A stretch of DNA of 32,045 nt from the NCBI GenBank assembly GCA_031367385.1, contig JANLPS010000348.1:1-32045 (forward strand), read 5' to 3'. The notes beneath the pieces were generated by a model. The model saw nothing but the letters and a program-made list of their open reading frames with translations. It did no database searches and had not been told where the DNA came from. This document shows positions 24,604 to 32,045 of the stretch, one piece after another. A program made the position numbers and the translations under genes. The stretch's first letter is position 1, and every line of letters begins with the position of its first letter. This DNA comes from Archangium sp. (GTDB taxonomy: Bacteria; Myxococcota; Myxococcia; Myxococcales; Myxococcaceae).

Positions 24604-25608
24604 ATGCGCTTCTTCGCGGTGGTGGCGATCGGTGTGCTCAGTGGTTGTTACACCGTGCCGCGCGAGGTCGAGACGGTGCTGCATCTGGGCCCCGACAAGG
24701 TCGAGATCGACGTTCAGCTTCGCGACATTCGAACCACGGCGCCTGACGAGCTGAACCAGCTCCAGTTGTTTTCGACCGTCAGCGCGTGGAAGGCCGACTG
24801 GGTCGATACCAAGCCGTGGGCGCCCACGCCCGACGTGTACCGCTTCACCGCCGATGCGGGGCGGCTCGATTTGATCATGCATGGCACGATGAAGCGCTCC
24901 GAGTTCGACGCGTGCGCGCGTGCCGATGCGGGCGTGTGCGAAGGGTTTCCACTCGCGCTGAGTGCCAGCGGGTATTCGGCGGCGCCCGTCATCGAGGTGT
25001 TGAAGCTCACGCTGCCCAGCTCGGTGAAGACGGCGTGGCCGGCGAACGCGACGACGATAGCGTTCACTGTCGCAGTGACGCCACAGATGGAGAGCGGCGC
25101 AGCGGGGCCCAGCTTCGTTCGTGGCTTTGAGCTCTTCGCCAGCGACCCGGCCGCCGCGACCAAGGCCATCGCGCAGATGAACGAGGCGGAGAAGCAGTTC
25201 ACGGAGGCGCCGGTGCCGGTGTGGGCAAAGACCGCTTCGGAGCTCACCGCGTGCGGCGATTCGCGGTGGTGTCAGCTGCGGGTCGAGTCGCTGCGGCGCT
25301 CGCAGGCGATCTTGCTCTACCGGTACTTGCTGCGGGGCAAAGAGACCGCGATCGGGCTGCGGGAGCCTCCTGAGCAGCAAGACGCGATGCGTTTCGATTT
25401 CGGCTCGATGCGCTCGGTGCTGCCGAAAGACTCGTTCGCGCCCATTGATGAGCTTCGCCTGCGCGTGGCGTACGACATTGGGCTCAACGCGTATCGGGCC
25501 AATGGAGCGCTCGGGTGGAGCGCGGCGACTTTCAGACCGGTGTGCCGAGGCGAGGGCGCGAAGAAGAAGTCGCTCAAGGAGCTGTGCATGCGATTGGGGG
25601 CTTTCTGA
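24604..25608 (+). CDS. Hypothetical lipoprotein
   Basis: MRFFAVVAIGVLSGC lipobox; GC3-biased codons. Confidence 0.72.
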   Translation: MRFFAVVAIGVLSGCYTVPREVETVLHLGPDKVEIDVQLRDIRTTAPDELNQLQLFSTVSAWKADWVDTKPWAPTPDVYRFTADAGRLDLIMHGTMKRSEFDACARADAGVCEGFPLALSASGYSAAPVIEVLKLTLPSSVKTAWPANATTIAFTVAVTPQMESGAAGPSFVRGFELFASDPAAATKAIAQMNEAEKQFTEAPVPVWAKTASELTACGDSRWCQLRVESLRRSQAILLYRYLLRGKETAIGLREPPEQQDAMRFDFGSMRSVLPKDSFAPIDELRLRVAYDIGLNAYRANGALGWSAATFRPVCRGEGAKKKSLKELCMRLGAF

Positions 25609-25628
25609 AAACCGGCGCTCGCTGAGGG

Positions 25629-25673
25629 GTGGTTCGTGGTTCGTGGTTCGTGGTTCGACAGGCTCACCATGAG
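25629..25673. repeat. (GTGGTTC)x4 tandem repeat running into a REP-like unit TGGTTCGACAGGCTCACCATGAG
   Basis: Four perfect heptamers at 25629-25656, lying between convergent genes. Confidence 0.75.
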
Positions 25674-25692
25674 AGTGGTCGCCTTATGGTCG

Positions 25693-26772
25693 TCACGAGG
25701 CAGTGAGCGCGACGGGGTGGCCGAAGCGGTAGAGCGTTCTGACGTGCGCGGCCAGGGCTTGAAAAAAGTTGCCGCTGTCGAGGTACGGCAACCCATGCTC
25801 AAGCGCGACCTGGCGTACCAGCGGCGCGAGCTGCGCATAGTGAATGTGGCAAACCCCCGGCAGCAGGTGGTGCTCGATTTGGTTGTTGAGCCCACCCAAG
25901 AAGAACGTCGCCGCCGCGCTACCCTGTGAAAAATTCGCCGTCGTGCGCAGCTGGTGACTCGCCCAGCCGTCGCGCAGCTTGTTGTTCGCCATCGGGAGCG
26001 GAAAGGCCGTGCCCTCGACCACGTGCGCCAGCTGAAAGACCACCGCCAGGGTGAAGCCCGCCACGGCCAGCACCACCAGGTACCCCACCAGTACCTGCCA
26101 CCAGGCGTACGGGCTGACCAGCATCGGCAGCACTAGAAACAACCCGAAGTGAAACAGCTTGCCCGAAATCATCGAGGCCGCTCCGCCCTTCGAAGCACCT
26201 GCACCGGTCATCGAGCGGTCGGCGATTTGCGCGAAATCTTTCTTGAAGACCCACACGATCATCGTGAACGCATAGAGCGGAAACGCGAACAGATGTTGAA
26301 ACCGGTAGATGAACGCCGGCCGGGGCCGCTGGTGCAGGAGCAAGAAGGGTCCGGGCTCGAGATCATGGTCCGCTCCGGGCACGTTGGTGAACGTGTGGTG
26401 CACCATGTTGTGCGCGCGTGACCAGTTGTACGAGCTTGCGCCGAGCACGTCGAACCACGCGCCGAGCACCCGGTTCACGTATCGATTCGTCGAATACGCG
26501 CCGTGCACCGCGTCGTGCGCGATGTTGAAGCCGATGCCGGCGACGACGATGCCGAGGGCTCCCGCCGCGGGGAGCGCCAGGAACCACGGCAACACACCGC
26601 TGTACAAGGTGATCAGCAGCCCCACGAAGGCGCCGAAGAAAACGCCGGTCTTGGCGATCATTCTCCAATCGGCGTGCTGTGATTTGCCCGTGCGGGCGAA
26701 GTATTCGGCGACGCGGGTTTTCAGCGCGGCTCTGAAGTCGGGGTTCTCGGGGCTGAACGTCGGTCGCGGCAT
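25693..26772 (-). CDS. Membrane fatty-acid (acyl-CoA/lipid) desaturase, delta-6-like
   Basis: Three His boxes HDAVH, HNMVHH and QIEHH, plus FQLAHVVE and HQLRTTANF; several TM segments. Confidence 0.92.
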   Translation of the reverse strand: MPRPTFSPENPDFRAALKTRVAEYFARTGKSQHADWRMIAKTGVFFGAFVGLLITLYSGVLPWFLALPAAGALGIVVAGIGFNIAHDAVHGAYSTNRYVNRVLGAWFDVLGASSYNWSRAHNMVHHTFTNVPGADHDLEPGPFLLLHQRPRPAFIYRFQHLFAFPLYAFTMIVWVFKKDFAQIADRSMTGAGASKGGAASMISGKLFHFGLFLVLPMLVSPYAWWQVLVGYLVVLAVAGFTLAVVFQLAHVVEGTAFPLPMANNKLRDGWASHQLRTTANFSQGSAAATFFLGGLNNQIEHHLLPGVCHIHYAQLAPLVRQVALEHGLPYLDSGNFFQALAAHVRTLYRFGHPVALTAS

Positions 26773-26794
26773 GACCCCACAGTGCGCCAGGGTC

Positions 26795-26810
26795 TGTCAC
26801 TGAGGTGACA
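26795..26810. promoter_or_regulatory. Palindromic operator candidate upstream of the desaturase
   Basis: TGTCAC-TGAG-GTGACA, 23-38 nt before the desaturase ATG. Confidence 0.4.
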
Positions 26811-26870
26811 CCGGCCCCCATTGAACAACGGCCGGAATACCAGGGGCCTCATGGTGTTGGGTGCGCCGAG

Positions 26871-28091
26871 TCAGTCGTGATCGTCGCTCTGCAGAAGGCT
26901 GAAATCAGGGATCTCGGACTGCATGTAGGTGCGCATGCGAGCGATGAGCGCTGCTTCAATCTGCCGCGCCCGCTCCCGGGAGACCCCGTACTGTGCGCCA
27001 ATGTCTTGAAGTGTCATCGGCTCGTCGGCGATGAGCCGCTTCTCGAAGATGAAGCGCTCCTTCTCATTGAGCGTCTCGGCGAACGCCGACAGCTTGTTCT
27101 TGAACAGCGCTTTGAGCTCGGCGTTGCCCAGCGCGTCGTCGACTCCGACGGTCGAGGCGTTGCTCGTGGGCAGCAGGCGATCGGCCCGGCTGGTCTGATT
27201 GTCATCACCGGGGTACGCGGGGGCGTCGAGCGAGACCTCGTCGTGCCCGAGCCGCTGGTCCATCTCCACCACGTCTTGCTCGGTGACGTTGAGGCGCTCG
27301 GCCAACAACTTCGGGGTCACCTCGAAGCCCTGTTGCAACAGGCGCTGCTGCTCTTGCCGCAACTTGAAGAACAGTTTTCGCTGGGCCTCGGTCGTGCCCA
27401 GCTTCACCATCTTCCAGTTGTCCATGATGTACCGGAGGATGTACGCGCGTATCCACCAGGCGGCGTAGCTGGCCAGCTTCACCCCGCGCTCCGGGTCGAA
27501 CTTCTTCACGGCCTGCATCAGCCCGATGTTGCCTTCTTGCACCAGGTCGAGCAGCGAGAGGGGGTTGCGGTGGTACTCGTGCGCCAACTTCACCACCAGC
27601 CGAAGGTTCGACGCGACCATGGTGTAGGCCGCGCGAACGTCGCCGGTGTCGCGCAGCTTGCGGCCAAGCTCAACCTCTTGCTCGCGGGTCAGCAGCGGGT
27701 GCCGCGTCACCTCGGCCATGTAGGCACCCAGCGGGTCGCGGCTCGAAACGCCGCGGGCCTCCTTGATGGGCGCGAGCGCGAGTGCGGGGTCTAGGTCGGC
27801 GACCACGTCATCGAGGTCTTCAACGGCAGGCTCTTGCGGCTCATCGAGCGCGACGGGGTCGCCAGAGTCGTCGCTGCCTTTGAGCGGCGCGTCATCGCCC
27901 TCGGGCTCGGCGTCGATGGTCGATTCGACGACCACCTTGGCCCGCGCACCGCGAGCCTTTCGCGGCTTCTTCGCCTGGGTGACCTTGAGCACCTCACCCT
28001 GAACGACCTTGCCTTCGTCAAGCGCCTCATCTGGAGCAACGACCTCGCCAACTTGGGCGGTCGCGTCATTTTTTTTCTTTCGCGCGGCCAT
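26871..28091 (-). CDS. RpoH-like sigma-70 factor (myxobacterial SigB/SigC/SigE group) with an acidic N-terminal extension
   Basis: SNLRLVVKLA, DLVQEGNIGLMQAVKKFDPERG, YAAWWIRAYI, RpoH box TTEAQRKLFFKLR, and TLQDIGAQYGVSRERARQIE. Confidence 0.92.
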   Translation of the reverse strand: MAARKKKNDATAQVGEVVAPDEALDEGKVVQGEVLKVTQAKKPRKARGARAKVVVESTIDAEPEGDDAPLKGSDDSGDPVALDEPQEPAVEDLDDVVADLDPALALAPIKEARGVSSRDPLGAYMAEVTRHPLLTREQEVELGRKLRDTGDVRAAYTMVASNLRLVVKLAHEYHRNPLSLLDLVQEGNIGLMQAVKKFDPERGVKLASYAAWWIRAYILRYIMDNWKMVKLGTTEAQRKLFFKLRQEQQRLLQQGFEVTPKLLAERLNVTEQDVVEMDQRLGHDEVSLDAPAYPGDDNQTSRADRLLPTSNASTVGVDDALGNAELKALFKNKLSAFAETLNEKERFIFEKRLIADEPMTLQDIGAQYGVSRERARQIEAALIARMRTYMQSEIPDFSLLQSDDHD

Positions 28092-28143
28092 GGGCTCCGG
28101 TCACTTAGCGCCGTTGACCCCGCTTCGCACGGATTCGACGCCG

Positions 28144-28170
28144 TCAAGAGCGTTGTGACCTTGCCGAGCA
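28144..28170 (+). promoter_or_regulatory. Possible sigma-28 (FliA-type) promoter of the giant protease gene
   Basis: TCAA-N15-GCCGAGCA versus consensus TAAA-N15-GCCGATAA; ends 28 nt before ATG 28199. Confidence 0.4.
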
Positions 28171-28198
28171 CGAAGACGTTTAGTGAGGTCGCCCGTCC

Positions 28199-31100
28199 AT
28201 GCCCTCCAACACGATTGGTCTTCGAGGCTCGACTCCTGCTGCAACCGGTACCGCTGGCCTGAACCTGACGCCTGATCAGTCATCTGATCGGGTGCTCGAG
28301 CTGAGCCAGAAAATTCTGACCAAGGGCACCGCCACCGCGGCCGACCTGACGGTGCTCTTGTTCTACGCGACCGGCGCAAGCCAGGCGGGCCAGGTACCGG
28401 TCAACGTGCAGCAAGCGCTGCGCGACGTATTGGTCAAGGTGCCGCACGCGGCAGAAGCCATTCGCAAGATTCGCAACGACTTCATGGTGCCGTCGATGAA
28501 TGATCAGACGGCGGCCGAGCTGCAGAAGGCCTTCACCGAGCTGACCGGGCAGTCGGGCTCGCTCGACGCGTTGGGAGTCAAGAAGCTGTTGGCCTTGGCC
28601 GCCTCGCAGAACCAGCTCTCAAGTGAAGAGGCCGGAGCGCTCGATGGCATCGCCTCGTCGAGCCAGGTCTCAGAAGAAGGCAAGGGCACCATTCGCTCCG
28701 CGGTGATGGAGGCGCTCGTCTCGCAGCTCGAGGTGGTCGCCAATGACCCCGCAAAGGCGACGCCGATCTTCAAAGACATTCTCAAAGGGGCGAGCGTCGA
28801 CAAGCGGTTCTTCGGCGCCGCAGAAGAGGCCTACTTCGGCTCGTCGTTCGACGACTCGGCCGGCAAAGACTTTCGGCAGTTGGCCTCAGATGCGCCCGAC
28901 GCGAGCCGGCTCGAGATGGAGCTCGCTCAGCGCCTGGCCGGCCGCGGCGGCAAGCTCGACAACGCCACCACCGCCAAGCTGTTCGACCGCATCGACGCCA
29001 ACGCGAAGGTGTCTGATCAAGAGGCAGACTTCGCCCAGCGCACCAACAAAGACCCCGATGGTCGCGGGCAGATCGCGGCCAGGGTCGGGCGCCTGGGCTT
29101 CGTCGACGACGCCGAGAAGAAAGTGCTCACCGACCTGGCGCAGAGCGCCCCACCGGCGCAGCTGCCCTCGTTGGAGCGAGGCCTGGCAGTGGCCAGCGCG
29201 CTGATGTCGAAGAGCGGCGCGACCACCCTGCCCGCCGCCGGAGTCGCCAAGCTCAACGAAGCGCTGAACGGCGTGATGGCCCGAACCTCGAAGCTCGACG
29301 ATTTGGCGCTGACGGTCTGGAAGTCGGCGCGAGGCATCGAGTCTGACCTCGCCGCCAAGCTCGACGGCTTGCAGCTGGGCCTGCCAACCCCGGCGCGATC
29401 TCCGAACCCGTACCCTCCGACCTCGCAGGCCGAGCTGTCATCGGTGCGGCAGGTAGGCGACGCGATCGCGACTCCGCTGAAGTACCAGACTGATCAGTAC
29501 CTGCAGCTCTCAGGCCTCGACGGCAACACCCTCGCGTTCGTACCCATGGGCCCCAGCGGCGGCGCGATGAGCGTCACCGAGCACAATGGCATCGGCGTGG
29601 TGGCCAATGGCGCAGCGATCGCGACCTTCGACCTGGCGAACCGAAAGCTCGGCACGCTGCCCCCGTTGCCGACCACCTCGCAGACCTACCGGCTGGCAGA
29701 TCAAGACGGCACGTTGGTCGCGGTGAGCGGCGAGGCCCCGGCCGGCCAGCCTTCGATCTATCGCTTCGACGACGCCACCAGTGCCTGGGCCGCGGTGCCC
29801 GATGGGCAGGTGCCCGCGGGCCCCCTGAACGTGGTCGCCTCGGCCAAAGAGCTGGGGCTGGTGATGCTCGCGCAATCGGGTGAAGGCGCGCTCGTCGAAA
29901 AACAAGGCAAGTGGACCAAGCTGCCCACGCTGCCCAAGGGGTTCTCAGCTGAGAGCGCGACCTCGGAGGGCGGCCACCTGCTCGCCACCGGCACCTCGAC
30001 CAGCAGCAGCGGCAAGGTGACTCGCGAGCTGTTCAGCCTCGACCCCGCGAACCTGGGCGCCGGGTGGAGCAAGGTGGGCTCGAACCTGCCCTGGTTGGTG
30101 CTCGATCGAGATCACGCTCTGAGCGCCCCGACGCCGAGCAGCCTGGCGGGGCCCCTGGCGTTGTCGGCCGAGGGCGTGATGCCCAAGAAGGTGCCCTACA
30201 ACGCCGCTGAGCTCGAGCGCATGACCCGCTTGGCGACCGAGGCCGTCGATGAGCTGACCACCGGTGGCTCGCTCGACGCAGACGGCGCGAACACCGCGGT
30301 CGAGCTGCTCGAGACCCTCAAAGAAGCGAACGCGCTCAAGCCCGACCTGGCGAAGAAAGCCGACGCCCTCTTCGCCACCGCGAAGACCGACGACCCGGCC
30401 CTGAGCATCATCGGCGAGCGGTGGTACGGCGCCGGGTTGTCGACGATGACCGAGCCCGACATCGCAACCGCAGGCAAGACGTTGCAGGGCCAGGCGGCCA
30501 TCTCGCACCAAGAACTCGGCCGCTTCGTCGCGCAATCACGGGCTTCGAAGACGCAGCTCGAGCAGCTCCTGGCGCTGCCGAGCGCAAAGCTGTCGACCAG
30601 CGACGCCGACCTGCTGGGAGCCGAGAGCTCCCGGGCGCTTGGTCGTCGGGTCGATCTGCTGGCAGCAGGCAAGGTGACCGACGCCGACGCCACCGCGCTG
30701 CTGAGCGCGGCGAAGACGCTCAAGACGTCGTACGCAGGCACCGCGGCGGTAGCCGATTCGCACGTCGAGCGGGCGTTGACCCTGGGCAAGATGACGGGCA
30801 CCACGCCAGATCTGTTTCGCGACTACATGTCGAGCGTCAAGCCGCTCTCTGACGGCGAGCTGCGGCTGGCGATATCGTGGTTCGCGAAGAATGGCGGCGG
30901 CATCACCACGGCCGAGCTGCGCGCTTTGACGGCGTTGACCGACAGCGACGGCGTGCGCAGCGAGACCGAGCAGCGGGCGATCGAGAGCCTCGATTGGCGC
31001 AAGCTGGCTCCGAACGCAGCGACCAACTCGGCGCGCGTGATGAAGGGCGTCACCGCGGCGGCCGACATCGTGGGCGACGAGAAGCCGGTGACCGGCAGCA

Positions 31101-32045
31101 CCAAGGTCGACGGCACGGGGCCTCTGGTCGTGTGGGCCAAAGAGAACAACCTCTCATCTGACAAACAGACCGTCAGAGTCGGCCTCGCCGAGCCGATTGA
31201 AGCGGGCGCGACCGGCTTGAGCTCGGGCCCGATTCGGGTCACCGGCAGCACGGTGCTCAACAGCGTCGACGGGCTCGCCCCGTTTCCCAACGGGGGCACG
31301 GTCACCGCCGACGGCTTCGATCAGGTTCAAGCGGTCTGGGCGGCCGACAACGTGCTCGCGCGGCTCAAGGGCGTGGGCGTCGACATACCCTCGTTCTTGG
31401 TCAACGCGCAGAACAACGGCGTGATGAAGCTGAAGGCCAACGCCATCGCCGACCAGAACGCCTTCTACTCGCCGTCGGCCAACGAGACGACCTTCGGCAC
31501 CAGCAACGACACCTGGCATCTGGCCAGTGACGGCGACGTGGTCACCCACGAGCTCGGTCACTTCACGCTCGACCACCTGAACCCCAACATGCTGGGCTCC
31601 TCAGAAGGCGGAGCGATTCACGAGGGCTACGGCGACACGATGGCCGCCCTGATGTTCAACGACCCCGAGCTGTCAGAAGACTTCAACCAGGGGCACACGC
31701 CGAGCTGGCTGCGCGACGTCGAGAACGACGCCAAGCTGTCGACCGTGTCGACCGAGGTGCACGACCGCGGCAATGTCTACTCGGGCTTCGCCTGGTCGAC
31801 CAAGAAGAAGCTGGCCGAGCTCATCGGTGATGACGCCGAGGCCGCGAGCCTGATGCTGGGAGTGTCGGTCGCGCACCCGTTGTTCTACGGGTCGTCGACG
31901 GTAACGCCAGAGGCGTACCTGGTGGCGATGATGAAGGGCGCCGACGCGTACCTCAAAGACAAGGTGTCTGCGCCGGTGCTGGCGCAGCTGAAAGCGGCCA
32001 TGAAAGACGAAGGCATCAAGCGAGAGCTGGTCCCCGCGGGGTGGA
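28199..32045 (+). CDS. Giant (>1282 aa) multidomain protein with a C-terminal thermolysin/fungalysin-like (M4/M36) zinc metalloprotease domain; 3'-truncated by the window
   Basis: Open frame from ATG 28199 (in-frame TAG TGA and GAGG just upstream) to the window end. NAFY at 31457, DVVTHELGH with H at 31547, GAIHEGYGD with E at 31622, LRD, and EVH at 31754. Absent from the ORF track because it has no stop in the window. Confidence 0.88.
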   Translation, partial: MPSNTIGLRGSTPAATGTAGLNLTPDQSSDRVLELSQKILTKGTATAADLTVLLFYATGASQAGQVPVNVQQALRDVLVKVPHAAEAIRKIRNDFMVPSMNDQTAAELQKAFTELTGQSGSLDALGVKKLLALAASQNQLSSEEAGALDGIASSSQVSEEGKGTIRSAVMEALVSQLEVVANDPAKATPIFKDILKGASVDKRFFGAAEEAYFGSSFDDSAGKDFRQLASDAPDASRLEMELAQRLAGRGGKLDNATTAKLFDRIDANAKVSDQEADFAQRTNKDPDGRGQIAARVGRLGFVDDAEKKVLTDLAQSAPPAQLPSLERGLAVASALMSKSGATTLPAAGVAKLNEALNGVMARTSKLDDLALTVWKSARGIESDLAAKLDGLQLGLPTPARSPNPYPPTSQAELSSVRQVGDAIATPLKYQTDQYLQLSGLDGNTLAFVPMGPSGGAMSVTEHNGIGVVANGAAIATFDLANRKLGTLPPLPTTSQTYRLADQDGTLVAVSGEAPAGQPSIYRFDDATSAWAAVPDGQVPAGPLNVVASAKELGLVMLAQSGEGALVEKQGKWTKLPTLPKGFSAESATSEGGHLLATGTSTSSSGKVTRELFSLDPANLGAGWSKVGSNLPWLVLDRDHALSAPTPSSLAGPLALSAEGVMPKKVPYNAAELERMTRLATEAVDELTTGGSLDADGANTAVELLETLKEANALKPDLAKKADALFATAKTDDPALSIIGERWYGAGLSTMTEPDIATAGKTLQGQAAISHQELGRFVAQSRASKTQLEQLLALPSAKLSTSDADLLGAESSRALGRRVDLLAAGKVTDADATALLSAAKTLKTSYAGTAAVADSHVERALTLGKMTGTTPDLFRDYMSSVKPLSDGELRLAISWFAKNGGGITTAELRALTALTDSDGVRSETEQRAIESLDWRKLAPNAATNSARVMKGVTAAADIVGDEKPVTGSTKVDGTGPLVVWAKENNLSSDKQTVRVGLAEPIEAGATGLSSGPIRVTGSTVLNSVDGLAPFPNGGTVTADGFDQVQAVWAADNVLARLKGVGVDIPSFLVNAQNNGVMKLKANAIADQNAFYSPSANETTFGTSNDTWHLASDGDVVTHELGHFTLDHLNPNMLGSSEGGAIHEGYGDTMAALMFNDPELSEDFNQGHTPSWLRDVENDAKLSTVSTEVHDRGNVYSGFAWSTKKKLAELIGDDAEAASLMLGVSVAHPLFYGSSTVTPEAYLVAMMKGADAYLKDKVSAPVLAQLKAAMKDEGIKRELVPAGW

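Noticed and set aside
24499..25380. N-terminal ~290 aa of the 714-aa minus-strand ORF
   Set aside because: This Arg-rich stretch is the antisense shadow of the plus-strand lipoprotein 24604-25608. The real gene starts near its lipobox.
25629..25673. Possible CRISPR array
   Set aside because: The units are 7 bp with no spacers and there are no cas genes. No CRISPR-like repeat-spacer structure appears anywhere in the window.
28504..31876. Many short ORFs listed on both strands in the last 4 kb
   Set aside because: All are off-frame or antisense shadows of the single long frame starting at 28199.

Overview
A GC-rich window from a myxobacterium (Myxococcota, most likely Cystobacterineae/Myxococcales), judged from a MYXO-CTERM-like sorting tail, D-x-G linkers, a stand-alone mreB, an RpoH-box sigma factor and a Pxr-like sRNA. 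Most genes are chromosomal housekeeping or envelope genes: pckG, a DEAD-box helicase, bpt/ate, mreB, surA-pdxA, an ECF sigma/anti-sigma/Spy-like trio and a fatty-acid desaturase. Five signals are not shown or not explained by the ORF track. (1) A Pxr-type developmental sRNA (~14984-15103) with a sigma-54 promoter, an IHF-like site and candidate enhancer sites lies directly behind an NtrC-family regulator whose usual kinase neighbour is replaced by a divergent DEAD-box helicase. (2) A >1280-aa ORF (28199 to window end) has no signal peptide, carries helical, beta-propeller-like and thermolysin-like (M4/M36) domains, and follows a sigma-28-like promoter. (3) A MarR gene is bracketed by ~47-bp imperfect inverted repeats with palindromic cores. 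(4) A barstar-like domain is fused to a CADD/PqqC-type diiron enzyme. (5) A myxobacterial LexA-box-like site sits just upstream of a small coiled-coil/AT-hook protein. No rRNA, tRNA, CRISPR array or transposase was seen. All family assignments come from motif recognition by eye; no database search was run.
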